Shown here: positions 24,076-34,515 of the stretch, in pieces
Layout of the letters: the number at the start of each line of letters is the position of its first letter
How positions within the stretch are numbered: position 1 is the first letter of the stretch
Virus record (IMG/VR): IMGVR_UViG_3300022217_000001
Location: 1 to 46,362 of that record
Source of the DNA: a virus
Taxonomy: Duplodnaviria > Caudoviricetes
Length of the DNA: 46,362 nucleotides
Direction: 5' to 3' (one strand)
Position numbers and translations under genes: made by a program
The notes under the pieces: model-generated
The model's input: only the letters and a program-made list of their open reading frames with translations
The model's database searches: none
Told to the model about the DNA's origin: nothing

Positions 24076-25598
24076 ACTTGATTTACCGTTATTCTCGAAG
24101 TATCCCAACTGGATTTTTCAACATCGACACCCGGCGTAACCCCATCATCGATAACAATGTTATTATCAAGTGTCGGACTTGCTGACGTTCCTATTTTAAC
24201 CACAACGTCCGTTATTCCTGGAATATCATTCAACTGAGCTATAAGAGAATCTGAACCAAAAACAATCACATCTTGCCCGGTTCCTAATCCGTCACCCCAT
24301 GCCACCATTGTGTTTTCAACCTGCGTATCTCCATCAGTAGGATAATCTGAGGTTACTGTTAAATCAAGAATAAGATAAATATCAATCTCAGTTGGTCTTG
24401 AAAATTTAATCGTATGTGTAAATCCCTGGCTATCTGTATAAGTTCCTGATACATCCCCATGTGCTTCAATTCCCGCTGGTTTTGATTGTCCTATAGCATC
24501 AATAATTTCCTGATCTCTTGTTGTAACTCCACCCGCCTGAAAAACGAAAGCTTCAAATGCTTTGGCCGGAATCCCTCTTGCATCTGTAATTAATGTTACA
24601 TTTTCGAAAACCTTTACATCTTCTAATTGTATAGATCCTTCGATATCATTTAATCTTAGTATGTTATTAGCGATAGCTTCCGTAGGCCCGGCAATACTTA
24701 TTTGTAATCTATTATTACGCCGTATACGGGCCTCAGCGTCTGTTTCTATTTCTCTCCCTACCGTTGCGTCCTCTGGGTTAATAGTCGAGCTTAAACCGCC
24801 TATAGGGTTGTCTATGACTGTTAATGTTTCAGCATTAGCAATTATTTCGCCTGTAGCGGTAGCGGTCATTGTTGTTGTACCCTGGTAAACTCCGGGCGTT
24901 GTCTCGACTATAGTAATTGTGACTGAACCGCCTGCATCTAATGTATTGTCAGTAAACGTTAAATCAGATTGAGGTTGTTTACCGTCTGAGCCTGAGAAGG
25001 TTACAGTAAATCCTGCGGCAAATGTTCCTGTCACCACAACGCCTGATAAAGCATTAAGATTGTTTAAAGCTGTTTGCACATCCGTGTTGGAATCATTCCA
25101 GTCTATAGCAACAGTGGTTTCTCCCTCGAAAACAAGTTTAAAACTACCACTTGTGGGCGTTGCACTGAAAGAAATATCTTGTATTTCATCAGTGCCTGTA
25201 CCAAGAATAACCTCATTGTCTGTGCTAAATTTGGAATCAGAATCATTTAAGACACTCAAAATAGTCCCGGCGGGGATAACGGTTGATGGTGTACCAAAAA
25301 AAGCCTGCAATGCAATCGTAGAAGCTAAAGCAGGACTGCGTGTAAATCCTGTCAAAGCGCCTACATTGTCAAAACTCACCCCCTCGGCCGTATCGGGATA
25401 TTGTGAGTCATAAATTGCTTGTGCGAGTTCCCACACTAAAGCTTCTCTTTCTGCATATATCCCTACCAATTGACCAAATATTGACTGCGGAAGTGTATTA
25501 ATTTGATCGCCAATAGTCGCCCTCAATGAGGCCTCTATCTCTGTTTTAATATCCGCAAGTCTTTTTATCGTTAGTCCATTTGCATCAAGTCCGGCCAT
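24072..25598 (-). CDS. Baseplate J-like protein
   Basis: PDTAEGVSFD, GREIETDAEAR, KPAGI, IKFSRP. Confidence 0.9.
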   Translation of the reverse strand: MAGLDANGLTIKRLADIKTEIEASLRATIGDQINTLPQSIFGQLVGIYAEREALVWELAQAIYDSQYPDTAEGVSFDNVGALTGFTRSPALASTIALQAFFGTPSTVIPAGTILSVLNDSDSKFSTDNEVILGTGTDEIQDISFSATPTSGSFKLVFEGETTVAIDWNDSNTDVQTALNNLNALSGVVVTGTFAAGFTVTFSGSDGKQPQSDLTFTDNTLDAGGSVTITIVETTPGVYQGTTTMTATATGEIIANAETLTVIDNPIGGLSSTINPEDATVGREIETDAEARIRRNNRLQISIAGPTEAIANNILRLNDIEGSIQLEDVKVFENVTLITDARGIPAKAFEAFVFQAGGVTTRDQEIIDAIGQSKPAGIEAHGDVSGTYTDSQGFTHTIKFSRPTEIDIYLILDLTVTSDYPTDGDTQVENTMVAWGDGLGTGQDVIVFGSDSLIAQLNDIPGITDVVVKIGTSASPTLDNNIVIDDGVTPGVDVEKSSWDTSRITVNQV

Positions 25599-25951
25599 TA
25601 TGGTATTACCTCACTAAAGTTTATCACTCCATCAGACGTTCTTGCACTAAACGTTAAGGTCATTTCTCGTGACGATGGATCGAAATCCAATATAAATTGC
25701 GTTAATTCTAAAATCCCCGGAGTGGTTACAATTTCCTTCTTTAAAATACTATCAACCACAACAGGATCCGGGTTTTTTATAAGAATTTGCTCTAAGTATG
25801 CAATCCCAATTCGTTTATCTAAAAACCATTCACTTAAAAATGTTTTTAGCCGTTGACTAAGATGTTGCTGAACCGCTTCAGAACCGGTCGTTAACGCAAG
25901 ATCGTTACCTACAACAGCAACATCACCATCTATTAATAATAAATCACTCAA
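25598..25951 (-). CDS. Baseplate/sheath initiator (gp25-like)
   Basis: EAVQQHLSQRLKTFLSEWFLD..IG. Confidence 0.8.
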   Translation of the reverse strand: MSDLLLIDGDVAVVGNDLALTTGSEAVQQHLSQRLKTFLSEWFLDKRIGIAYLEQILIKNPDPVVVDSILKKEIVTTPGILELTQFILDFDPSSREMTLTFSARTSDGVINFSEVIP

Positions 25952-26639
25952 GATTGACCTTTCCCGATAAAGCACTTGTCAAGACATTACTCGGTGGTCC
26001 TGTTACACTTGGGCCGGACGTAACGCCGGAATGAGTGTGGGCAGCATACAATGAAGCTAAGGTATCGCCCAAAACTGCTTTTTCGGCTCCGGTACCCAGA
26101 TTAATAGTTGCAGCCAAAACATCAATTAATGTTGCAGCGTCTAATTTAATATTACCTCCAAGGATGTTAACATTTCCCCCTGAAGTTAATTCAATCTCAG
26201 CATCACCGTGTTTGATATGTATACTTGTTCCTATTATTCCACTAAAAGCTGTTTTAAATGTTCGAACGCATGGAATAAAAACAGCATCAGTTATGTCATG
26301 ATGTCTCGGATCATTGGGTGTAACCGTTTCACCTTCCCCAGACAACCAAATATCTAACGACCGTTCACAAAATATCGCCATTCCTGTATCACCCTCACTC
26401 AAAGGAAAGTGGATAAAAGCGCCACCGCCAGAAGGCCACTGAACAGGTACATCATTTATCACCGGCAAATCAACAATCGTTTCATCTCTATATTTTTTTC
26501 TCAGCAATGGAATAAGACTTGCTTTTTGAGTTTCAGAATCATAGCTTTTCACAGAGCAGGGCAGCATTGTGTGAACGTCTAGTAATTCGGCCCTCATAGC
26601 ATCTTTCAAAACTTCTGCCAATGTTGGTGTTTCACTCAT
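25944..26639 (-). CDS. Baseplate spike (Gp138-like)
   Basis: HTMLP, GDTG..IFCERSLD.W, RHHDITDA, C-terminal HTH iron-binding motif. Confidence 0.85.
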   Translation of the reverse strand: MSETPTLAEVLKDAMRAELLDVHTMLPCSVKSYDSETQKASLIPLLRKKYRDETIVDLPVINDVPVQWPSGGGAFIHFPLSEGDTGMAIFCERSLDIWLSGEGETVTPNDPRHHDITDAVFIPCVRTFKTAFSGIIGTSIHIKHGDAEIELTSGGNVNILGGNIKLDAATLIDVLAATINLGTGAEKAVLGDTLASLYAAHTHSGVTSGPSVTGPPSNVLTSALSGKVNLE

Positions 26640-27478
26640 AATATTGTTGCCTCACAATTAGCAAACCATTCTTTTCCATGTGTATCACCGTTTAATCTAA
26701 CTTTTGATAATCTTGTCAATCCGGTAAAATCCCTTGATTCTATTTTTACCGCTCTACCGGGGCGGAATTTAGTTGTCTGTATTAAAGCTTTAAATACTAC
26801 CCCTTCGATTTTGCTTGCCTTTTTGCCTATTAATCCTAAAGACGGGCTCCCAATCAATCCTGTTTGTGGTGTCAATAAAATAACCGGCTCTCCTGAATCA
26901 ACTAACGGGTCTAGTATTTGTGTTTCATTGTCTTGAATACTAAATTCTAAATCTTGTTTAGATGTTATATTATCAACAACAGTTTTTGCCAATCCTGAAA
27001 CTGTCAAACCATTTTGAATAATTTCATCCTTTATGTTTGAAACAGCACCTATCACAACTTGACCAGTCTCTACCATTGAATTAAAAGCATCATCTATCAC
27101 TGTTTTAACATTAGTCCCTGCGGTATAACTTTTATCAAGCTTTGCCTCTGTCAATGATTTTTCAGCATCCCCAGCCTCAATTGTAGTGACAAAATCAGCC
27201 CCTTGTCTTTGCGTCGAACTTCTTGCAATATCCCCTACAAATAGTTGATCAATGTCATTTCCATATCCACCCTCTAAAACTACAACGGAGTCCTCTTTTG
27301 TTTTAAGCAATCCCCGGCTATCTTCGTTAAGATTGTATATTTGTATTTTGGCAGTATTAGGGTCTGATGGCGAAGTCTTTTCAATATCAAAATTAACCCT
27401 TAGACCTTCAATTCTTTTCCCTTTTTCGCCTTTAAGTCCAAAAGTCAAGATAGCTTTTCTATCCCACAACAAACCCAT
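26636..27478 (-). CDS. Baseplate hub protein
   Basis: FDIEKT...PNTAKIQIYNL, LEGGY, TGLIGSP, GDTHG..W. Confidence 0.85.
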   Translation of the reverse strand: MGLLWDRKAILTFGLKGEKGKRIEGLRVNFDIEKTSPSDPNTAKIQIYNLNEDSRGLLKTKEDSVVVLEGGYGNDIDQLFVGDIARSSTQRQGADFVTTIEAGDAEKSLTEAKLDKSYTAGTNVKTVIDDAFNSMVETGQVVIGAVSNIKDEIIQNGLTVSGLAKTVVDNITSKQDLEFSIQDNETQILDPLVDSGEPVILLTPQTGLIGSPSLGLIGKKASKIEGVVFKALIQTTKFRPGRAVKIESRDFTGLTRLSKVRLNGDTHGKEWFANCEATIL

Positions 27479-27792
27479 TAAGTAGCCTCAAAAAGCAGCT
27501 TTACATTTGTTCCGAAATTGTCCCTGTTACCCTCCACGTTTTCATTTTCAATATTAATCATATATAAATCACCGTTAGGAAGTCTCTCGTCCTGAAACCT
27601 CCTTAAAAGGCTTGTACCCAACAACAACGGAATACCGGTTACTATGTTTTCATTATTTTCCGTTTTGAAATCCATAGTCCATCTATCCATACGAGCATTG
27701 TAGTGTATGGCTAATGTGTAAGTTGTTATTCCTAAGTCAACCCTGAAAGAATAGCTTGGTATATCATTTCTAAGTGGTATTTCAACAGCCAT
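27478..27792 (-). CDS. Baseplate protein (DUF6983-like)
   Basis: YNARMDRW, GIPL..G..L; position. Confidence 0.7.
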   Translation of the reverse strand: MAVEIPLRNDIPSYSFRVDLGITTYTLAIHYNARMDRWTMDFKTENNENIVTGIPLLLGTSLLRRFQDERLPNGDLYMINIENENVEGNRDNFGTNVKLLFEAT

Positions 27793-28490
27793 TATCCACC
27801 AAATATCTTAAAAAGTATTGTACTGCTTTTTCCACTTGTCGCCTCATCAAGCTCAGCTACCGGCTTTTTACCTTCTTCAACTGTTTTTACAGCACTCTCG
27901 TTTTCTGTAGCGGTAACCGGGATTAATATTTCTTCACTCTCCCTTATAACAACCTCTTCAAAACTTCCGGTAAATACTAAAGAACCGGAATTCTTGGCAC
28001 TTCTAGGGGCTGTAAAGTCACGCATAATCATATTTATATACGTCTTTAAGTCGGTTATGATTGTTAAAGGAACACTATTTTCATAAATATAATCAAGCAT
28101 ATCAATAGCATTTTTTGAAGGCTTACCTTCCCCACTTGATAATAAAGTGCTTCCTATTTTAGATACTGCTCCAGTTGCTACAGCCCCCGGTATTCCACCA
28201 ACTACACTACCCACAACACCGCCGACATTCCCTGCCGTAGAAGCTAGTAGATTTATGGGATTGTCAGAAATCACACCCCTGATAGTCAACCCTCTGGGAT
28301 TTATTATTACATGGTCTGATATAAAACTCCCATCTTCAATGGCATGCTGTGTTGGCTTTGCTGTCATTTTGTGAGTTAAACTTGTTGCAGCATCGATTTT
28401 TAAAAGCTCAAATGTCGTACCATCAGGATCAACATATTGTAATGTTGTTCGCTTTGATGCACCTGTAACTGTGTCAAATAAGCTTGCCAT
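27792..28490 (-). CDS. Tail tube initiator/Dit-like protein
   Basis: IDA...H...T.HAIEDGS.ISDH....P. Confidence 0.75.
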   Translation of the reverse strand: MASLFDTVTGASKRTTLQYVDPDGTTFELLKIDAATSLTHKMTAKPTQHAIEDGSFISDHVIINPRGLTIRGVISDNPINLLASTAGNVGGVVGSVVGGIPGAVATGAVSKIGSTLLSSGEGKPSKNAIDMLDYIYENSVPLTIITDLKTYINMIMRDFTAPRSAKNSGSLVFTGSFEEVVIRESEEILIPVTATENESAVKTVEEGKKPVAELDEATSGKSSTILFKIFGG

Positions 28491-30061
28491 TATTGAGCCA
28501 CCTGTGGGGCTGTTGCTCTCGATGTTTCTCGTAAGATTGTGTCAAATGCTTCTCTCATACCTGTCTGTATCGCAGGGGTTATAACTTCTGCCGGTGTTCC
28601 TTCCGGCACATTAACTGTTACCGGAGCGTTGACTCTTACTTGATTTGATTGTGTAGCTCCTCCAACAGGTGTTATTTCTTCGCCAAATCCAATGGCTCTT
28701 GCTGCTTTTTCTAAACTAAGACCGCTAATAAATTCTCTAACTTTTGCAAGTCTTTCAAGTTTTTCAAAAACTATAAGTTCAGTAAGAAAACCTATTAATA
28801 ATTTCGCCTCATCAATTATTAAGGTGATTGTATCTCTAATAGCTAATAAAGCCGCTTTTGTGTTTATAAACGCATCGGGAAACTTACGTTCAAAAGCTTC
28901 GATTAATACGCCTGTCAGAGAGTCTTTGCCTTGAAAAAAACCAACTATATCTTCAATTATTAAACCTAAAGCAACAACAGCAGCGCCTATGAGGATAGGT
29001 ATGATAAATATTTTTGCCTGCGCTAAAGTAGCAGCAACCCCTAAAGCCTTGAACCTCGTAGCTAATCCAAAAATAGCCTGAGTTATAGAACCGATACCTG
29101 ACAATATTTGTAAACTTGTAAATGCCAGCATACCCAAAACCACACCCATGATGACATTCTCTAATCCGCCTAATGCTTCACTCAGAGTCATTACACCTTC
29201 GATGACAGCTTTAAATGCTCTAAAGAGGATTCCCATTATATTAGCAAGGCCTTTAAAAAACTTAACAAACCTGGCTCTGATTATTTTCCTGTTTATCTCT
29301 AAAAAACGCAGCAATTCATTAGCAATGGCTTTTGCTTGCGGTAAGAGTTCCTTGCCGATTGCAATTGCATTGATAATAATAAAATCTTGTAAGTTTGAAA
29401 GAATACCAAGAAATGTTGTACTCTGCTTTTCCATTAAATTTGCAAAGCGCCCGGAACCGGTAGTAAGATTCACTAAGGCTTGATTAACCATTTCAAAAGA
29501 AACTTCACCTTTAGAAACTAAGTCTTGCATTTCTTTAACAGGCTTACCAAGTATTTTTGAAAGTTCATCCAGGAGCGGCACACCGGCCTCAGTGAATTGT
29601 CTTAATTCCTGACCTCTTAGTTTGGTTGCAGCCCGTACTTGACCAAGAGCTAAAGCTAATTGTGGAAGTTTTTCACGACCAACACCGGCAGCTATATTGC
29701 CAAGCGTTGTTATGGTATCACGGACATTTTCAGCCTCGATACCCATAGCTAAGAGAAGTTTGGCGTTATTTAATATTCCGGGAAGGGTGAAAGGTGTTCG
29801 TCTGGCATCTTCTTTAAGACCATCGAGCAATTCTTTGGCTTTATCAGCCGAACCAAGCATAGTTTCAAAAGCAATTTCGACTTGTTCAAAATCACCCGCC
29901 TGCTTAAGAAACACACCAATGGCAGCACTTGCGCCCAGAAATACAAGTGATAATCTCTTAGCACTCGTTGTGACGTTTTTAATATTTCTGTCGATTTTTT
30001 GTAAGGGTTTTTCATCTATATCAAACCCTAAAGTTACAAATAAATCACGGATGCTTGCCAT
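28490..30061 (-). CDS. Tape measure protein (523 aa)
   Basis: FETMLGSADKAK...TPF...LGNIAAG...ELRQF.EAGVP tape-measure domain; hydrophobic segments. Confidence 0.9.
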   Translation of the reverse strand: MASIRDLFVTLGFDIDEKPLQKIDRNIKNVTTSAKRLSLVFLGASAAIGVFLKQAGDFEQVEIAFETMLGSADKAKELLDGLKEDARRTPFTLPGILNNAKLLLAMGIEAENVRDTITTLGNIAAGVGREKLPQLALALGQVRAATKLRGQELRQFTEAGVPLLDELSKILGKPVKEMQDLVSKGEVSFEMVNQALVNLTTGSGRFANLMEKQSTTFLGILSNLQDFIIINAIAIGKELLPQAKAIANELLRFLEINRKIIRARFVKFFKGLANIMGILFRAFKAVIEGVMTLSEALGGLENVIMGVVLGMLAFTSLQILSGIGSITQAIFGLATRFKALGVAATLAQAKIFIIPILIGAAVVALGLIIEDIVGFFQGKDSLTGVLIEAFERKFPDAFINTKAALLAIRDTITLIIDEAKLLIGFLTELIVFEKLERLAKVREFISGLSLEKAARAIGFGEEITPVGGATQSNQVRVNAPVTVNVPEGTPAEVITPAIQTGMREAFDTILRETSRATAPQVAQ

Positions 30062-30278
30062 TTTTTAGCCTCATATGCTCTTCAAGGTCTTGCTCTATGT
30101 CTAAAGCTTCGTTTACATCTGCTAAATCATTGATTGAATAATGCTCTTCTATTTCTTGTAAGGTGGCTTTTCCCGCAAGTACAATACGCCATGCAAACCA
30201 GTTAAGATTTACCCCTTCAGGCTTAAACCCTGTATTTTTTGGGTTATATTTTCGAGAATACCACCTTCGCCGAAAAAA
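30045..30278 (-). CDS. Tail assembly chaperone, -1 frameshift extension
   Basis: Slippery T TTT TTC at 30278-30272; -1 frame open through WRIVLAGKATLQEIEEHYSINDL...EALD to TGA at 30045. Confidence 0.7.
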   Translation of the reverse strand, partial: FFRRRWYSRKYNPKNTGFKPEGVNLNWFAWRIVLAGKATLQEIEEHYSINDLADVNEALDIEQDLEEHMRLKNGKHP

Positions 30279-30649
30279 TCAGAATACTCAGCCTCAAAAG
30301 CTGCATAAACTACCTTATACATATGTGCTAATCTACCTTTGAAATGAGTATCTATTTTTGCTTGATCTTTTAAATGTCCGGTGCCACTGTGATGCGTTTG
30401 TGACAATAGGGTAACAATGATTTTTTCAAGTTCTGATTCACTCGCTCTATCAAACAAAGTTTCAATAGCTATCTTTAAATCTACATCAGCATCAAGAATA
30501 TTGTTATCATCAATACTGCCTAAAGAACCCAGCACAGGCCCGAGGATGGACGCTATCTTTCGAAGCAGATTATGAGACTTTATTGCTCCCATTTGATGAA
30601 ATTTATAGACTTCATCATCAATTTCCTTTTCAATCACTTCTCTTGCCAT
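30209..30649 (-). CDS. Tail assembly chaperone
   Basis: Between tube and tape measure; ends ...YSDFF. Confidence 0.8.
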   Translation of the reverse strand: MAREVIEKEIDDEVYKFHQMGAIKSHNLLRKIASILGPVLGSLGSIDDNNILDADVDLKIAIETLFDRASESELEKIIVTLLSQTHHSGTGHLKDQAKIDTHFKGRLAHMYKVVYAAFEAEYSDFFGEGGILENITQKIQGLSLKG

Positions 30650-30657
30650 AATCCCTC

Positions 30658-31065
30658 CTATAGGTTCCCGCCAAGAATATTAACGTCCAAATTACCACGA
30701 ATAGTCCATTCCCTGTCGCCCGCTTCTTTTGCATATTCAGCATCAGCAACTTTAACGATTGTTCCTAGAGGCATGACATGCAGCGAAGCCCCTGAATTAT
30801 CAATAAATGAAACAGCGATCAGTGATTTTGCAGCTTTAAAAGCACTTAAAGTTGCATTGTCAGTTGAGGCCTGGGGAAGAGTAACAGTAAATGTCCCAAG
30901 TTTACTAGCATTTTCTGTCCTCGTTGTTTCCCCGGAGTTGGAATCTACATCAAAAGTCCAACCGTCCTCATCTTCAGCAACCGAAACAGTCCGCCAACTT
31001 TCCACAATCGAGCCGCCGACTATTAACGATCCCTGTACCGGACTATATGTTTTTACATCAGGCAT
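30658..31065 (-). CDS. Tail tube protein (DUF3277-like)
   Basis: TYSP, GTFTVTLPQAS..N..LS, REWTI. Confidence 0.85.
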   Translation of the reverse strand: MPDVKTYSPVQGSLIVGGSIVESWRTVSVAEDEDGWTFDVDSNSGETTRTENASKLGTFTVTLPQASTDNATLSAFKAAKSLIAVSFIDNSGASLHVMPLGTIVKVADAEYAKEAGDREWTIRGNLDVNILGGNL

Positions 31066-31075
31066 TTTGTACCTC

Positions 31076-32422
31076 CTATAATGTTAGTTTTCCATCAATC
31101 TGAACTTTATGAACTGCACCGGCCAAGACAGCGGAGAATTCAAGACCTTGTAAAAATCTAGCCGCTTTATCTGCGGGGGCAATATCGCTTATTTTAGGCA
31201 CTATGACTGTGATAGCATCAGGATCATCACTTAAAAAGCCACTATTTACAGAGCGTTGCAATCTGGCTCTTAAAGTCGATTCTATTGCAGCGATACCATT
31301 TGTCGTAAAAGGGATTTTTTCAGTATTAATAAGTTGTGTAAATATATCTTCTCCAATCCTTACCTGAAGTTCGTCTGAACCTCTTATTACATCGATGTAC
31401 TCCCCGCCGACAACAACTGCTTCGCTTGATATTACATTTGCATTAGCAATGGTTTCGTAGTAATTTGCATTCTTAGAACCAAGGTTTGAAATCTCTGTAT
31501 CAGACAATTGATCGGGTGTAATACCCACAAGAGTCTTAAATTTCCATGTCCGGCTACCTGCATCATGTGGAGCACCATCACCAACCCATGCAGCATCGGG
31601 ATAATTAGCTTGATCGGCTGAATACAAGACAACTGTTCTATCGTAAGTTTTGGCTTTAAGAACAGAAGCAATATCAGTTGTAGCAGAAGTAAGCAAACTT
31701 GCTTGGTCAATGGCGGTAAAATAAAGTTTAGGCGCTGATAAGGCTTCAATGAAATCAGCCGCTTGCTCGATATCTTGAAGTTGTTCCGCCTCGGTTGCCC
31801 TTCTGGTGAGTATAAGAAAATACCAATCAGTTCCACCTGCCTGAATCAGGTCATTAAGTTCAGTTGCTACATTAACATTGGTAACCGCAGGAGCTACAGT
31901 AAGGCCATTACCTACTCCATCATCCGATACTGCAACGGTAAATGGTTCTCCGGCTACATCAGCATCAAGATCAAAAGTACCGTCAACGTTATCTGTTGCT
32001 GTGACCGGTTCCGAGCCAAGATTAATTGCCGATACCAAACCGGCTGCGATCTCAAGATTTGTCGCATCTGCATCAGATAGGAAATTAAAAGGAGTCCCAT
32101 TAATTGTAGTTGTATACGTTACATTATTTTGTACATTTGCAACCGTAACAACTTCACTCTGTGCAACGTTAGTAGCTCGCTTACCTATAATAACTTTTTC
32201 AGGTTTAAGTTCTTGTCCGAAATATTTAGCAGCAGCTTTGTATTCTTCATCAGTTGTTAAAAAATCCTCTCCTACCGCTTCAATGGATCCATACTCGCGA
32301 TAATCTTCAGCAAAATTTGTATGTATACCAAAGATCAAGCCAGTTCCAAATCCAACACGAGTAATTTTAGCCGTTTCTCTCGTGATATTGACGACAATTA
32401 TATCTTCAATTTTTGTACCCAT
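31076..32422 (-). CDS. Tail sheath protein (DUF3383-like)
   Basis: EYKAA..YFGQ, TWKFKTLVGI, YIDVIRG, KIPFT..G, AGAVH. Confidence 0.9.
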   Translation of the reverse strand: MGTKIEDIIVVNITRETAKITRVGFGTGLIFGIHTNFAEDYREYGSIEAVGEDFLTTDEEYKAAAKYFGQELKPEKVIIGKRATNVAQSEVVTVANVQNNVTYTTTINGTPFNFLSDADATNLEIAAGLVSAINLGSEPVTATDNVDGTFDLDADVAGEPFTVAVSDDGVGNGLTVAPAVTNVNVATELNDLIQAGGTDWYFLILTRRATEAEQLQDIEQAADFIEALSAPKLYFTAIDQASLLTSATTDIASVLKAKTYDRTVVLYSADQANYPDAAWVGDGAPHDAGSRTWKFKTLVGITPDQLSDTEISNLGSKNANYYETIANANVISSEAVVVGGEYIDVIRGSDELQVRIGEDIFTQLINTEKIPFTTNGIAAIESTLRARLQRSVNSGFLSDDPDAITVIVPKISDIAPADKAARFLQGLEFSAVLAGAVHKVQIDGKLTL

Positions 32423-32952
32423 TATGAGCCTCCTATAATTTGGGTTGATTCGAAATCACCCACTGTTTGATCAATTTTAACAGATTCAATTTCTCCTGAT
32501 ATGTCATCAACTTCAGTTGCATAACCAAGGAAAATATCAACTGCCCCCCTGCCCTCTGTAATGTCATTAAGCAGTTCGCTTACATCAAGCGGGTCTGTAT
32601 TGTCTAAAATCGCTATCCCGGCATTTTGCAGAATCAGTTGTTTAGTGGGTAATTCCAGGGCATTGATTATATCTTGTATAGTATTCAACCAACCTGAATC
32701 TGCATAAACATTTACTGATAATGTTATTTCTTTTCGAAAGGGGTAAGTAAAAGTATCTAATTCCTTGTACTTTATTTCCGCATGACCGGTCTTTCTCGGG
32801 CCTGACGAAATATTTAATCCTACATAAGGCACAGCCGGACGGAGCGTATCTTGATTGAGCCATATTACTTTACTCCCTGCCAAACCCGTAGCAGCAACAA
32901 CAAAAGACTGAATTGCATCTTGTAATGTCGGGTCTAAAGCATCAGAAGCCAT
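32422..32952 (-). CDS. Neck/tail terminator protein
   Basis: VIWLNQ...P..PY; position. Confidence 0.7.
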   Translation of the reverse strand: MASDALDPTLQDAIQSFVVAATGLAGSKVIWLNQDTLRPAVPYVGLNISSGPRKTGHAEIKYKELDTFTYPFRKEITLSVNVYADSGWLNTIQDIINALELPTKQLILQNAGIAILDNTDPLDVSELLNDITEGRGAVDIFLGYATEVDDISGEIESVKIDQTVGDFESTQIIGGS

Positions 32953-33281
32953 TATTGCCGTTCCTTTAACATGATTCGCCCTCTAGTATGCACAAGCATT
33001 CCGAAAGAATCCCATTTTTCCGCTTCTTGAGTTTCATACTTTCTACCATCTTCCCTTGTGATTTCATCATCCACCAGTAAAGTAAATTCGCTGAAACTCC
33101 ACATATTTTCTCGCTCTCTATCGCCTTCCGGTAATTGTAGAATCTCATTGCCCTTTAACGGCTGGATATTCATTCCTATATCAGGGAAAACAGTTGTTGA
33201 ATCAGTTTGTACCCTTCCTTCATCTGTATATGATTTTGAAAACCGTGTTACAGTAACTAATTCTGTTTGCAGTAAGCTCAT
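32952..33281 (-). CDS. Head closure/head-tail adaptor
   Basis: IQP.....LQLPEGDR; position. Confidence 0.7.
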   Translation of the reverse strand: MSLLQTELVTVTRFSKSYTDEGRVQTDSTTVFPDIGMNIQPLKGNEILQLPEGDRERENMWSFSEFTLLVDDEITREDGRKYETQEAEKWDSFGMLVHTRGRIMLKERQ

Positions 33282-33724
33282 TTTACTACCTTAGATATAA
33301 TGCTTTGCCTCATTCTGCTAGTGTCAATTAAAGGTTTACTTGACCCTTTTTTGAGTATTGTTGCTGGCTTATTCGGTGTAAACGGTGTTCCTCCCTCATT
33401 GATCTTTTTAACTACTTTCGATTCAGCAAGCAAGCCAAGACCTTTTAAAACTCGTTCTCTTTGAGTCGGATTAATAACAATCTGAGTTTTTCTTTTGTCA
33501 ATGAACTTTCTAAACTCTCGTCTGTTTTCATCAATTGCTGATCTTAAAAAAGAACGTTCTGGGATTTTTACAGTTCCAAATTCATTTGAAGCTGCATAAA
33601 TTACAAGGTCTCTTCCTTGCTCTCCGAATAAACCAATATTTACCTGATTTGGGCCTTCTTTTAATTGTCTTCTAAAATCCTTAAATCCTGGGTCAGAATC
33701 CCTGACTTTAAATTTAGCAGCCAT
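33278..33724 (-). CDS. Neck/tail completion protein
   Basis: NEFGT..IPERSFLR, TILKKGSSKPLIDT. Confidence 0.8.
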   Translation of the reverse strand: MAAKFKVRDSDPGFKDFRRQLKEGPNQVNIGLFGEQGRDLVIYAASNEFGTVKIPERSFLRSAIDENRREFRKFIDKRKTQIVINPTQRERVLKGLGLLAESKVVKKINEGGTPFTPNKPATILKKGSSKPLIDTSRMRQSIISKVVK

Positions 33725-34107
33725 TATGGTGTAAACGCATTAAATCCCATGACACAACTCTTTCTTATATCTACGAATATGCGACCGTACTTTGTTTCGT
33801 CAAGCCTCGATGACCCTACCGCACCACTACCGGATGCAGTTGCATACTCACGTTCAACCTGACCTACTTTCTCGCGTTTAATCGGCCCTGACACTCCCGA
33901 GCTTCCCCCTGTTGACCCCTGTTGTGACAAGGTGAGCAAATGCGCCGCCAGATATCTCTGGGCTCTTTCTTCCTTGCTACCGTAAGTTGTATCTACCTGT
34001 CCGGCAACATCATCAAGAATTAAATCAACAAGCACCGTGTTTGCATCGATGAAGGTTGCAAGCTCAGGAGCGATAAGCTTAACATTATCCGCCGTTGTAT
34101 CAGCCAT
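33724..34107 (-). CDS. Head-tail connector (DUF4054-like)
   Basis: APE, YLAAHLL, KVGQV..Y, T.YG. Confidence 0.8.
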   Translation of the reverse strand: MADTTADNVKLIAPELATFIDANTVLVDLILDDVAGQVDTTYGSKEERAQRYLAAHLLTLSQQGSTGGSSGVSGPIKREKVGQVEREYATASGSGAVGSSRLDETKYGRIFVDIRKSCVMGFNAFTP

Positions 34108-34504
34108 TTTCTACAGATTCGTTAAAATCACTGATTTTCTTGATTTGCTTTTCAATAGCTGTCTTAACTGATTTTCTCGGCTTATCCCTGCCGTCCTCAT
34201 ATGCTTCGATTTCGGCAAGAGCATCTATTTCCATAGTATTCTCAATTAAATCAGCTAATTCGCCGCCATTGAGATCATCATAATTAAGCGTGTCATTATC
34301 TTCAGCCATTGTTCTAAGAAACCGCTGATAATATGCCCATTGCTCGTCACCCTTTGGCCGGGCAAGTATAGCTTCTTTGATTTTTTCCCATGTACTCGCT
34401 TCGACTTCGTTTGTTCCAGGAATAAATCTTTTATATTGTACTTTTTTATCTTCGTCAGTATAAGACAGCGTTAATGTATTTGCTTTATCATAAATAACTA
34501 TCAT
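34100..34504 (-). CDS. Hypothetical protein downstream of the capsid gene
   Basis: AGGAGG RBS; C-terminal E...RKSV..AI helical motif. Confidence 0.65.
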   Translation of the reverse strand: MIVIYDKANTLTLSYTDEDKKVQYKRFIPGTNEVEASTWEKIKEAILARPKGDEQWAYYQRFLRTMAEDNDTLNYDDLNGGELADLIENTMEIDALAEIEAYEDGRDKPRKSVKTAIEKQIKKISDFNESVENG

Positions 34505-34515
34505 ATTACCTCCTT

